DNA of 64,000 nucleotides. Source: the human T2T-CHM13v2.0 reference genome, Homo sapiens. This document shows, piece after piece, positions 17,368 to 31,399 of this stretch. Each line of letters opens with the position of its first letter. The first letter of the stretch is position 1. The position numbers and the translations under genes were made by a program. The notes beneath the pieces are model-generated. The model saw only the letters and a program-made list of their open reading frames with translations, was not told the origin of the DNA and made no database searches. Location: the NCBI RefSeq assembly GCF_009914755.1, contig NC_060931.1; one strand, given 5' to 3'.

Positions 17368-18194
17368 CATTCTGCCTGCACCTCTATTCCCATCCCAGCC
17401 TTAGGCAGCTGCTCATCTACTTGCTGTCTCTACAGACTGGCCTCTTTTGGACATTCCATATAAACGGAATCATAAAATATGTGGTCTTTCATGACTGGCT
17501 TCATTAGCATAATGTTTTATATTATTTAGCATGATGTTTTCAGTATTCACCCATGTTGCAACATATATCAGTACTTCCTTCTTTTTTATTATTAAATTAT
17601 ATTTCATTGTATGAATAGATCCCATTTTGTTTATGCATGCGTTGGTTGATGGACATTTGAGTTGTTTCTCCATTGTGGCTGTTATGAATAATGCTACTAT
17701 GACAGTTCATGTGCAAGTTGCTGTGTGACATTTTTTCATTTCTCTTCTCTATGAGTAAAATTGCTCAGTCGTATTGTAACTCTAACATTTTGAGGAACTG
17801 CCAAACTATTTTCCAAAGTTGCTGCACCATTTTACATTCCCACCAGCAATGTACCAGGGTTCTGATTTCTCCACATTTTTGTCAGCCTTTGTTATTTTCT
17901 GTCTTTTGTATTTTTAGCCATCCTAGTGCATGTGATAATATCTTATTGTACTTTTGACTTGCATTTCCCAAGTGACTAATGATAATGATCACCTTTTCAA
18001 CCTTTTCATGTGCTTAGTGACCTTTTGAATATTTTCTTTGTAATAATGCCCACTCAAATCCTCTGCTCAATTTTTTAACTAGGTTGTCATTTTATTATTT
18101 AGTTGTAAAAATTTGTTATATATTCTTGACTCGTGTACTTTGTCAGATGTATAATTTGCAAATATTTACTCATAGTCTGTGGGCTGTCTTTTCA

Positions 18195-18485
<291 letters not shown>

Positions 18486-19254
18486 TTTTCACATTCTTAA
18501 TTGTGTTCTTTGAGCACAAAAAATTTTAACTTTGTTAAGATATTCCATTTCTCTATTTTTCTTTTGTTGCTATGCTTTTCATGTAGTATCTAAGAAACCA
18601 TTGTCCAGATGAAAATCACAAAGATTTACTTCTATATTTTTTTAGGAGTTTTAATTGTAAAAAAGAAAAGTTCTTACATTTTGGTATATGATCTATTTAG
18701 AGTTAATGTTTGCGTGTGGTGTAAAAAAATAGTTAAACTTCATTCTTCTGCATATGGATATCCAGTTGTCTCAACACTATTTGTTAAAACAAGCGTCCTT
18801 TCCTCCAGTGAATTGTCTTGGCATCATGATGATCAACTGACTATAAATGTAAGGATTTATTTCTGGATTCTCAGTTCTATTCTATTGATCTATATGCCTA
18901 TCCTTATGCTAGTAGCACACAGTCTTGATTACTATAGCTTTGTAATAAGTTCTGAAATTGAGAAGTATGAGTTATTTAATTTTATCCTTCAAGACTGTTT
19001 TGGCTATTTTTTGGTCCCTCACATTTCCATATGAATTTTTGGGTCAGCTTGTAAATTTCAAATGAAATCCTAGCTGAAATGTTAATTTGGAGAGCACTGA
19101 ATCTGTAGATTAATTTGAGAAGCATAGCTATCTTGAAAATATTGTCTTCTATTCACGAACTTGGGTTATCCTTCCATTAATTTAAATCTTCTTTAAACAG
19201 TGTTTTTTAGTTTTCAGTGAATATCTTACACCTCTTTTGTTATGTTTATAAGCA

Positions 19255-19568
19255 TTTTCTTTTCTTTTCTTTTTTTTTTTTTTTGAGATGGAGTTTCACT
19301 CCTGTTGCCCAGCCTGGAGTGCAATGGCATTGATCTCGGCTCACCACAACCTCCACCTCCCAGGTTCAAGTGATTCTCCTGCCTCAACCTCCCAAGTAGC
19401 TGAGATTACAGGCATGCACCACCACATCCTGCTAATTTTGTGTTTTTTAGTAGAGACGGGGTTTCTACATGTTGGTCAGGCTTGTCTCAAACTCCCAACC
19501 TCAGGTGATCCACCCACCTCGGCCTCCTAAAGTGCTGGGATTACAGGCATGAGCCACTGCACCCAGCC
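19255..19568 (-). mobile_element. AluSp-type
   Basis: gttggtcagg, ctcccaacctcagg, ctcaccacaacc. Confidence 0.92.
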
Positions 19569-19753
19569 TATTTTATTTTCTTAATTTCATTTTCAGATTG
19601 TTTATTGCTAGTATACAGAAATACACTTGATATTTTTACATTGACCTTGTATCCTGCCATTTTGCTGGACCTGTCTAATTGTTTTGGTTTCAATTTCACA
19701 GAATTTTATATATACAAATAGAAGTTTGGAGATATCATCTGAAAATACTGTTT

Positions 19754-20240
19754 TGTTACTGAAATACCAGGGATTCACTCTAGGTCCTGCTGCTCCCTGC
19801 ACAGAAGGCCAACCACTGAGACCATGAGTATTGCCAAGGAAGAAGGTTTTAATTGGTGCTGCGGCTGAGGAGATGGGAGTCCAGTCTCAATGACATCTCC
19901 CTGACCAACTAAAATCAGGGGTTTATATAGCAGGGAAGAAATGTAACTTCATGCAGGAAAATAAGAATTAGGGAGGGGTAAGGAAGAGGAGTTAAGCAGG
20001 TGGTCAGTTAGGCAATCATAAAGGGTGAAGGGTTTGGTATCTCATTGTCTAGGTGTTGTAATCTTGTAAGTTTCAGATCCTTGATACTAATTGGGAGGCC
20101 TCATGGCTGGTTTCCTGAGAAAGGAACTCAGATAAGATAAATGTAACTCTGTCAAGTTTTAATACTGGGAGGGGCAATTTCTATGTTTATTCAAAAGGAA
20201 CCATAAACATCAGTTTTATGGGACAATTGGGCTGGTTTTA
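19754..20240 (-). mobile_element. ERV1 solo LTR, MER66-type
   Basis: Reverse complement begins taaaaccagcccaattgtcccataaaactgatgtttatgg; flanks gttt/gctt. Confidence 0.8.
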
Positions 20241-20656
20241 GCTTTACTCTTTTCTTCTCACTCTAGATGATTTTCATTTTTTTTTTTTTGACTGATTGGC
20301 CTGGCTATAACCTCCAGGACAGTGTTGAATAGAAGTTGTGAGAGTCAACGTACTTGTCTTCTTTCTGATCTTACAGGAAATGCATTCTCTTTCACCATTT
20401 TGCATAACATTAGCTGTAGGTTTTTCACAGATGTTCTTTATCAGGTTGAGGAAATTTTGTTCTATTACTAGTTTGTTAAGTATTTTTATTAGGAAAAGGT
20501 GCTGGATTTTGTCAGATGCTTTCTCACTGTCTATTGAGGTGATCATGTGTTTTTTGTTTTGCTTTGTTTTGTTTTTTTTGTCATTTATCCTACTCCAATG
20601 GCATATAACATTGATTAGTTTTCGTATGCTAAACTTCGCATCCTGGCATAAATCTC

Positions 20657-21048
20657 TGTCAGAAGAAAACTTTAGAAAGTTAAATTTAATAGAGTTTAAT
20701 TGAGCAAAGAATGATTCTGGAATTGGCAGCCCCCCAACCAGAATAGGTTCAGAAAGGATCCAGCACTGCCACATGGTCAGAGAGGATTTATAGACAGAAA
20801 AAGGAAAGTGATGTACAGAAAACAGAATTGAGGTACAGAAAGAGTCTCATTGGTTACAGCTTGGCATTTGCCTTGTTCAAACATGGTTTGAACAGTTGGC
20901 TGCCTTCGATTGGCTGAAACTTGGCGATTGCTACAAGAGTAGGCTACAGTCTGTTTACACCTCCAGTTAGGTTACAGTCCACTATGTACAGAGAAACCTT
21001 TAGGCTAAACTTACAAGGAGGCAGCTATAGACTAAACTTAGTTTAATA
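20657..21048 (-). mobile_element. ERV1 solo LTR, MER57-type
   Basis: Reverse complement begins tattaaactaagtttagtctatagctgcctcc; 4-bp TSD tctc. Confidence 0.85.
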
Positions 21049-21064
21049 TCTCATTTAGGCATGG

Positions 21065-21549
21065 TATATTAGTCAGGATTCCCTAGAGGGACAAAACTAA
21101 TAGGATATGTGTGTGTATATATATATATATATATATCCTATACTTAATAAACTCCCTTTTACATATGTATATATTATTACATGTATTAACTTACATCATC
21201 ACAAGTTCCCACATTAGGCTGCTGCAAGCTTGAGGAGCAAAGAGAGCCAGTCCAAGTATCAAAACTAGAGAACTTGGAGTCCAACGTTTGAGGGCAGGAA
21301 GCATCCAGCACAGGAGAAAGATGTAGGCTGGGAGGCTAGGTCAGACTCACCTTTTCACATTTTTCTGCCTGCTTTATATTGGCTGGCAGCTGATTAGATT
21401 GTGCCCACCAGATTAAGGGTGGGTCTGCTTTCCCCAGACCACTGACTCAAATGTTTATCTCCTTTGGGAACACCCCCACAGACACACCCAGGATCAATAC
21501 TTTGCATCCTTCAATCCAATCAAGTTGACACTCAGTATTAACCATCACA
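21065..21549 (-). mobile_element. ERVL solo LTR, MLT2A1/A2-type
   Basis: Reverse complement begins tgtgatggttaatactgagtgtcaacttgattggattga; internal (TA)n; 5-bp TSD catgg. Confidence 0.92.
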
Positions 21550-22004
21550 CATGGCCTATCTCTTTTTTTAATATATTGCTGGATTTAGTTTGCTAGTAAT
21601 TTGAAGATTTTTGTATACAATAATTTGAAGACTTTCTATATTCATAAGGGAGGTTGCTCTGTACTTTTCTTGTTATATTTTGTCTGGCTTTGACATCAGA
21701 GTACTATTGCCCCATATGATGGACAGGGAAGTGTTCCCCTCTTCTGTGTTTTGGAAGAGTTTGCGAAGGATTGGTATAAATTATCCCTTAAATATTTGGT
21801 AGAATTCACCAATGAAGCCATTTGTGCCTGAGCTTTTTTGTGTAAAAAGTTTTTAAATTACTAAATCAATCTATTTACTTGCTAGAAGTGTATTCAGAAT
21901 TTCTTTCTTCTCATATCGGTGTTGGTATAAGAAGGCTTTCTAGGAATCTGTCTATGTTATCTACTGGGTTAGCATACCAGTAAAAATAATCTTAATGATT
22001 TATT

Positions 22005-22310
22005 CTGTGAGTAAGTGTAGGTTGAGTTATATATGCCAGGATCTATGTTAGATGTTATAGATACAAGGTCTTAAAGCGTGCTTGCTTTTAAAAAGCTCCC
22101 AATCTAAGCTGGAATATAAAACCATGTGGAATGAAAAGTACTATGGTAGACGTTGAAACAGCTTGTTTGGAATTTAGGTAGAAAAGTAGTTAACTCTGCC
22201 TGAATAATTAGGGAAAGATTGGTGAGAAAAAGGTGAGGCTTGCTGGGTCTTAATGAATAGGAGTCACCCCGAAGACAAGAAGCCAGGGCATTGCAGAAGG
22301 AGGAGGACAT
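22005..22310 (-). mobile_element. L2 3' fragment
   Basis: tatatgccaggatctatgttagatgttatagatacaag...gctcccaatcta. Confidence 0.55.
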
Positions 22311-22660
22311 TTATACATCAGCACTTGCCAGATGCTATGGTCCAGTATACTGCAGCAGGAAATTACTTCTCAGCAGTCCTTGCAACACAGCCCAGCAAAA
22401 ATCTTACGGTACAGTGATCCCTCCAATGGCAGGGTATCCAATTACAGCTGAAAAGGCTTGGAATCAACCTCCCTCTTCTCCTTTTTGTCTCTGTATCTTA
22501 GTAGATAGCTCCAACTCAGCAGCTGACATTATTCAACTGCTTAAGCCAGAAAACCTAATAATTGCAGGGCCCAAAGCAAGAGTACAAAGGGAGGCCCCCA
22601 ACCCATATGTCCAAAATATTGACACTTATAAATTAGGCTAAACAATTGTTAAAGAAAATG

Positions 22661-22977
22661 ATGGAACTAGAGGCCATTATCTTAAGTGAAATAACAGAAA
22701 GAGAAAGTCAAATACCACATGTTTTTACTTACAAGTGGGAACTAAGCCACGTTCTCATGTTCTCACTGGCAAGTGGGAGCTGAACCACCTGTACACATGG
22801 ACATAGAGCGTGGAATACCATAGAAATTCAGAACAATGGGAACGGGAGTGAGGGATGAAAAATTACTTAACGGCTACAATCAAAAGCCCTGACTTTACCA
22901 CCACACACACTATATCCATTTAACTTCACCACACTTGTAGCACCTAAATAAATAAAATAAAATAAAATAAAATAAAA
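22661..22977 (+). mobile_element. 5'-truncated L1 (L1MA1-3/L1PB-type) 3' end with (AAAAT)n tail
   Basis: atggaactagaggccattatcttaagtgaaataac...gagggatgaaaaattacttaa; flanks aaagaaaatg/aaataaaatg. Confidence 0.85.
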
Positions 22978-23226
22978 TGCATGTTCTATCCTCTTCTGTA
23001 GATGCACCTTAATGATGACATGCAAGGTCTCAAGGCTGGCTCATCAGCTGCCTTGACCCTTGACTGGACCATCTCCCTTCACTTCATCCCTGATGGAGTG
23101 TCCCTGGCTCCATCCCAGATGGTGAGGGGACTCGTGAACCTTTGTGTGAACAACACAGTTTGGAAATCCAAGCTCTTGCCCCAGCCCCTGAAATCAACCA
23201 TTCTTTGGGCAACTCTAAGGCCCAGG

Positions 23227-25515
23227 TGAAACAGTCAGGTGGGAGGGGTTCCCTGGAGAAACTCCATCTAGCCTGCCCACTGAAGTGGAGCCCGGGGAAG
23301 TTCACCACGTTAGCAGCAGGGAGGAGCCTGGCCCCTCCTCTTCCTGTGTGGAACCTGGGATTAGAATGGCTGGGTGGGAAACGCTCTAGCAGGGACTCTG
23401 GCCTGGAGAGAGTTCCTGCTTCCCCCTTTTCATTATTTTCGCCCAATAAAACCCTGGGTTACCATTCAACTCGTCTGCGAGTCTGAATTTCCGTGGCTGT
23501 GGGAAGAACCCTGCCTTTAGCTTGAACTAAGGAAAAGTCCTGCAACGCTTTTGATGCCCAATGTGATACTCAAGAACCAGTGAGTGAAATGGGAACTCAA
23601 AACCTCTCACTGTTGCTTCTAAGCTTGTCCATTCTCGGACTTCTGAGGGTGAGGGAAACCATGCCCCCATCATGCCCTGTCGCTCTGGGGCCTTTTCATG
23701 GCCTTTTCCTTCCTTTTTCAGGACCGACCGGTGAGCAGCAGCTCCCCGCCGCTCTCCCCTTCCTGCCAGGGCTGGGATGCGTCCGCCACTGCTCTCCCCT
23801 CCCTGCCGGAGCTGGGATGCGTCCCTGACTGCTCTCCCCTCCCTGCTGGGGCTGGGATGCATAGCCCAAGGGTCCCACACAACCAGCTGGCTGGCTTTTC
23901 CGCCTTGCACTACTGGAGCCTTCCCCTTCCCCAGCCAAGGGGCTTTACTCCATCAGACAGTAATTAAGCTTTTCTCCTGGTGGAAGAACCAGTTGTATAA
24001 GAATAAGAGTTCTTCCTCCAGTATTTTAAACCTTTTTTCTTTCCTCTTCTCCATCCCGTCAGCAGTTAGCCTTTAATTTTTTTTTTTCCTTTTAGAAGAC
24101 ATTTTTACGCGGCCAGACCCCACAACTCTCACCGTTCATATTTTCTGCAAAGTTTTTATTGTGAAATTAAGCCTCCATCCTGTTTTTTATCCTGAGGGCA
24201 TGGCTTGTAACTCGGAGGCAAGGCTTTGTTTAGCAATCCTGCCTTAGGGAATGAACCCTCTCAGGTTGGGTATCTGCATGTTTTCCTAGCCCTGTCTCTT
24301 AAAGGGCCCCACACAGCAACTGGGTTTTCTTCTGCCTGTTGTGTACTGTGTGTGATGTCTGTAAAACGAGCTCTAATTAATTTGGCCTAAAGAAAGACAA
24401 ACCCTTGGATCAAGTACTTTTTTTTTAAAGGAAGTTAAAAGCTGTGGTACCTTTCAGTTCACCTGACTCTAATCTTTGAGAAATAAAAACAGCCTTAAAG
24501 ATTATGGGTAAAATGCAGGGGTCATTAAAATGTAAATAGATGAACTAAACTATGCAGGTCAGATGCAAGGTTTGCTAAGTGTTTTGAGGTTACAAACTGC
24601 TTTTTGGGTTTTGAGAACACTATGTGACTGGGACTCCTTTAAAAGGAGCCTTTTTTTTCCTTTCTTCTCCATGGTTCTCTCTTCACTGATAGGTAATTGT
24701 GTCTCCGTACTATGAGACACTCCCCTCAGATGCATCATCCAAACTGGAAAGAGTTAATTTCCCAAACCTTAAACTGGTTGGCTTAGGACTGGACTCAGGG
24801 GAAGGGAACCAAGAAGACCAACACGCTGGCAAAACGGGTAAAGCTTTTTTAACGGGTCAGGCTTTTAGCCTCCCTCTCCCCATGCAAACTGGTAAAAGGC
24901 CTTGGAATTTTTGAGCTCTCCTTACCCCATTCCTTGTTTTGTTTTGATACATGTTTTCTAATAACTTAGTTTGTCTGTTCTTGCCTTCAGGCCATCACAC
25001 TCCCAATGGTCATGCAACTGGAGCCTCTGACGATGGCCCCTTCTTCTGGGAGCCCTTAGATAGGCCTTTGAGGGAGATCTGACTGCTGTTTCCCCAAAAC
25101 AGAGCTCTCTGTCAGAGGAAGCAGTTAAGATCGGCCTTTGTCCTTATCCCTATTCTAATGGCAGTTAGATGTACTTCTTTAGAGAGTGTAATGAGACAGC
25201 CAGGTGGAAGGGAGACCCCTGGAGAAACTCCAACCAGCCTGCCCACTGAGGTGGAGCCTCAGGAAGTTCACCACCTTTGCAGCAGGGAGAAGCCTGGCCC
25301 CTCCTCTTCCTGTGTGGAACCTGGGATTCGAATGGCCAGGCGGGAAGTGCTCTAGCAGGGACTCTGGCCTTGCGAGAGTTCCTGTTTTCCCCTTTTCTTT
25401 ATTTTCACCCAATAAAACCCTGTCTTATCATTCAAATTGTCTGCGAGCCTGAATTTTCGTGGCTGTGGGAAAAAGAACCCTATATTTAACTGAACTAAGG
25501 AAAAGTCCTGCAACA
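23227..25515 (+). mobile_element. Internally deleted ERV1 provirus, MER61A-type: LTR 23227-23547, ~1.64 kb internal, LTR 25192-25515
   Basis: Two direct ~320-bp repeats with TG..CA/CG ends and AATAAA; decayed PBS after the 5' LTR; purine tract before the 3' LTR; flanks cagg/tagg; no gag/pol/env ORF. Confidence 0.9.
23746..23860. repeat. 3 x 40-bp GC-rich tandem repeat in the ERV leader
   Basis: gctctcccct(t/c)cctgc..gctgggatgc at 23751, 23791, 23831. Confidence 0.9.
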
Positions 25516-25844
25516 TAGGGGCACTCACACCAGGGAACACGTCCACCCTCAGGAGGACAGACCAGAACAGAAGCCCCCCACAGGCTCTGGAAATGGACTC
25601 AGAGACATTTGGGAAGGGAAATACAAGATCCAAGACACACAGAGTGTGGCACAGAATAAGAATCTGGATTTCAAATGCTCATACCCCCTTGGTTCTGTGC
25701 ATTCCTCACCCCTTGGTGGGGGAACACAGGCAGTGGAGGCCGGAGTTCTGCAAGGCACAGGACTCAGGAAGGGCACCTCTAGATCAGGTTTAAGGCACAT
25801 TCTGTCTGGAAGTCCTAGCCAGCATCTCCTTGACCCTCACCACC

Positions 25845-26085
25845 ACCTCTAATCAGAAACCAAGTCCTGTAGAGTCTACTTTCTAAATACTTTTCCATTC
25901 TATCCCAGGGACGTCACTCTATATCATCATAAGCTCCCACCTTCGCCATCTGATCAGCCTTCTCACACCCATCCTGACACCTTCCTCCAATCCATTCTCC
26001 ACGCTGTAGCCACAGAGAGCTTTGTGGAATGCAAATGTAATCATTTCTTTGCTTAAATGCTTTTAATGATTTCTCATTGTCAATG
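25845..26085 (+). mobile_element. L2 fragment
   Basis: caatccattctccacgctgtagccacagagagctttgtggaatgcaaat. Confidence 0.65.
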
Positions 26086-26174
26086 GGTTGTACTCATCGG
26101 CAGAGACATTTATTGCAATAAAGTGGAAATAACCCGTTAAGTTAAATAATACGTATGGTGAATGTACCATTTAA

Positions 26175-26484
<310 letters not shown>

Positions 26485-26953
26485 CCATTTAAGAGATTCT
26501 GAATGTGCTCAAGTGAGGTTGAAGATATTTGATGATTCAAAACCAAACACAACGGCACAGTGTGGTGGTGGGAAGACTAAGGAGGTCAAGAGGAAGATAC
26601 TGTCTTGTTCCTGAGACTACACAGTGAGGCAAACCTTGAGCACCTTCCCGGGCTCAGCCTGGTGCCAAGAAATGGAGAGGCCCAACGCAGCAGCCTGTGT
26701 AGCAGCCTACTCTCCTTGTAAGGCATATTATAAGAGGGAAGACAATACTGTGTGGAAGGAGTTCAGAGGAATTGGGGTGGAATGGCACATTTTCTCACTG
26801 TTTCCACTTTGGGGCTTCAGAAAAGTCTGAGTTGGGAACAGGGATGAGTTCCTGGGAAAGGGCTTGGCCTGTGTCCGTCACCTTGATCACGAAATCCGTG
26901 CACTGCATCTCACACCAGCAAGGCTGCCATCCTCCAGACTAAACTAAGAATCA

Positions 26954-27263
<310 letters not shown>

Positions 27264-28183
27264 AGAATTATAAGTCCCTCTGCCCCCTGCTCTCCCAACA
27301 GAGGTGCATAGAGGACCTTATGAACCCTGGCCAACACTTATACTTAGATTATGTGGGATTATTTAAAATGGTAACTACAACTGATTGATTTCAACATTGG
27401 TTTTACACATTCCATTCTCAAATAATCTCTCTCTTTTTCTTTCTTTTCTGAGATAACCAGTTAAGGATCTGATTCAGGAAGTTTTTATAGTAAACATAAG
27501 TGAAATAAATTTGGCCCCATTGACTGATTAATAACAATAAGTCCAAAGAGGAGATGTTACACAGTGGGAGTTTGAACTGAACCATCACATGCATGAAAAG
27601 CACTCTATGTTCATTGAGTAAATGAGTGAACGAATGAAGTGGGTAGAACTCATGGTCAGTAATGTTACATGGCAGCATCCTAAAAAATGATCTGTGATCC
27701 AGTAGGCTGGCATGTGGGTCGCCATGCCAGAGAGCAGCCATGCAATCTGCCCTATGCCAACTGGGAAAGTGGAGCGTACAAAGAATGTAGCCAAGGACCT
27801 GGCTTCAGAGGTTGCCACTTTTGTTAGGGACAAGCCATAGCCTCAAAAGAGCAATGATCCATTTAAGGGCGATGGGGGAAAGCTCAGTTTGGAAGTGTAG
27901 GAGGCAGGAGGTCAGAGGAGGGCTAGAAGACCCTCTAATTCCTAGAGCTGCAGAATGTGACCCAGGACCGAGTGTGTCTGATAAAGAGTGTGCATGTACT
28001 CACAACAGCGTGCCAGAGCGGATGCATGTTTAGTTCAAAGGAAACAGAGGGTGGGGAGAGAATTAGGTGGCTCACCTTATCAGAGCACTGGCAATGCTGG
28101 GCATCACAGGAGGCCAGGCCTTGTGTGTGGGAAGACGGGAGCCTCGTGCAACAGCCAGTGGTGGCTAAGAATTTAAGAATTAG

Positions 28184-28483
<300 letters not shown>

Positions 28484-29094
28484 AAGAATTAGTCTTGATG
28501 ACTTGAAGGTACTGGTCTAACTTGGGATCATCTGTGGGTTTAATATGGGGTGTGATCCAATCCCATTTAACACACAGGCTTCCTTGTGCCAGGTCTTGGT
28601 GCAGCACTGGGAATACTGGGAGAAAGGAGACATGTTCCCGCCCTGAAGGGGCACAGGTGGTGAACGACAGACTGGGTCTCACTCTGCCACATACTGCGAG
28701 CTGGCCCTGCCCAGGCACTCGGACTTCTTTGAACTTCTGGTTTCTAGTGTGTGAGATGAATCTCCAGAGGACAGTGCTCACTGGGGCTGTGGAGCGCGAG
28801 GACTGTGTGAGCTACCTCCTGGAACGCTCTCCCAGGTGCTGGCTCTTGGTGGTTCTCCCCACGTGTTGGTGGGAAACATTGAAGCAGGCTGTAAGCCATT
28901 TGGGAAAAGGGCCACAAATTCAGTATAAAAAGGTCTATGAAGCTCTGAAGGGGGAGCTCTGAAGGGTTGATTTCTCTGAATGTAGTGAGGATGGGGAGGT
29001 CCAGAAGGCCTCAGACAAACAGATAATAATGGGACAGATCCTGGAGGGAGACCAGGGCATGGGCAGGTGAGAAGGGAAAGATTCCTGAGCCCGC

Positions 29095-29245
29095 CAACCT
29101 CAAGCTTGAGCCTCAAATGCTCACACCCGAGAGGACCTGTTCAAAGATTTCTGGGCCTCCAGCCTGGGCTTCTGATTCAGGAGGGCTGGATGGGGCCCAT
29201 GACTCTGTATTTCCAACAGCTTTCCAGGCATTGTGACACTAAAAC
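29095..29245. mobile_element. MER5A-type hAT fragment
   Basis: ttctgattcaggagggctggatggggcccatgactctgtatttccaacagct. Confidence 0.6.
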
Positions 29246-29969
29246 CAGGGTTTTAGACAAAGGGGCTCTGCCCATGTTCTTGGTGAGTAGCCCTGCTTAA
29301 ATGGAGCATAAGGGGAAACTCCCGGCTTACATGAGTCTGGGGCTGATCTCAGGCTTTCATTCCTCACGGTTTTCCCATTGCCCCATTTGCATGTACCTCC
29401 CACCTGGAGGAACCCTTGCTCCCACTAATGCAGTGCGGCTGCACAGAACAGCTCCAGCCAGACACTGCCCATGGGAGGCTGCTGCTGTTCTCTGTGGCCC
29501 AGGGACTGAGAGCCTCGTATTTAGGACAAGAGTGCTTCGCAGCCCTGTGGGCAGGCAGGTGGGATGACCAGCAGGGGGCTGGCTAATTGCTGAGTGGCTC
29601 AGTGCAGGGTCCCCGCTGGCTGGCACAATGGACTCAAGCTAGGCTATGAGAGGAGAAGGGAGATGTATGCTCTGCTCTCGCAGCTGTGGAATGCTGCAGA
29701 GGTGTGCATAGAATCCCTAACCTTGATAAAAGGGCTGTCTGCATTGGTTATACATCAAATTGGGACCAAAGATCAGACTAGCAGAGGTAATTCCATCACA
29801 TCTTATCTCTGGGCTGCAGGGTCGTGCTGCTAGAATTGCTGGAAATTGGAAAGCTCGGGAGTGTGGACAATACAGGCAGTGAGGATTGTCTAACTAGGAA
29901 AGCGGCTCCAGAGAGGGCAGAGGTGCTATCTTTTGTCAAGGTCCTGGTGGTCCTGACCATGGCTATTCC

Positions 29970-30110
29970 TTTGCACATATTATCTCATTAAATTTTCACA
30001 GCAGTTCTTGCAAATGTGTTAATATCCCCACTTTACTGATGGGGAAGCAGCCTAAGACAGCTTATCTAACTTTCCCACTACCACAGGCAGCAGATTTGAG
30101 TCTTCTTGAA
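29970..30110 (-). mobile_element. MIR fragment
   Basis: attatctcattaaattttcacagcag...ccccactttactgatgggga. Confidence 0.65.
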
Positions 30111-31399
30111 ACACCTCCAGGAGTCAGAATACTCCTGAGGATAACTTGGCTTTGCAAGTGGTAACAACTTCCTGTGCCAGCTCTCTCTACCTCCCAGCTG
30201 AGTCTGTTGAAATTTACTAGGGCTTAAGGCCATACTTTATTTTCTGTGTGGAAAATGCACAGATCAGTGCCTGGCACATTTTTGATATTCAATGAACATT
30301 TGATTCTATAACAGCGCATATGTGTGCATACACGAGAAATTGAACAAACACATTTAGGGGTCCTGAGACTCCTGAGGGTCTCTCATGAGGCCTGCTTGTA
30401 GGTCCATGTACTGCAGGACGAGCACTCCTGGTCTCAGTGGCTGTGCCTGTAGTGACAGGGGTTACTTCCAGGATTTTGCTTTTTTTTTTTTTTCTTTTTC
30501 TTTTTTGCAATAGTTGAACTGGATTTATTTATTTATTTATTTTAACCAATGGTGAGTCAGTCTTGGCTATGGATAATGAAAATAGAGACAACCAAATAGC
30601 TGCCCCCCCAGGCCTCCTCCGCCCACGAATGCTGTCCACTTATATTTGTTTCCACAGACAGAACTTATGAGAGATACAAAGGAAATAAAAATAATTCAGG
30701 CCACTCTGAACACAGAGTACAGGGCAGGGGCGTTCTGGAGGAAATCAAGTTTAATCACTCCAAATTCCTTGAAATAGCCCTCTCAAAACCACATGAAAGT
30801 GTCATTAGCAGGTTCCTGAGGGGTTTGTATGGAAAAAAAGGTTTATTTTGACTCATTCTGAGAGGTGTCAACATTGGTTGACTTGGAACTTGGGCTCAAA
30901 AAGGAGGCAGCTTCAGACATCTGCTGAGTGTCACCCAACTACAAAGCCTCCTCCTCCCCCCAGTGGCTCCCCATCCAGCCCTCTCTCCTGCATCCTTTTT
31001 CTCTGTGTGGTATAATTTTGCTGGTCAGTGCAGAGACAGAAGACCCCAAGTGAGAGGGGGAGAGGCAAGGGTAGAGGTGTCACCATTACCAGAGCTTGCA
31101 CAGGGACCTTCTGAGGTGGGATGGAAGAAAACTCTAAGGGAACCTGGGCTTAAAATGGCCTGGAGCAGGGTCTTGACATTGCAGTTAGGATGATGTAAAT
31201 TAAAGTTGTCAGTGGACAAGGCCAAAAGTTTCAGTCTGTGTTCACGGGGGAGAGCTGTCTTCCTCCTGACAGTCTCCTCCCATGTAGGCCGCAGTCACAA
31301 GGCAATTCCTGCAGGCAGGCCTAGTCACCTAACTGCGGGGACCTATGCAAAGAGGCAAATGTGGTGGGGCCTCCTGTTCAGAGGGAAGGGAGCAAGTGC

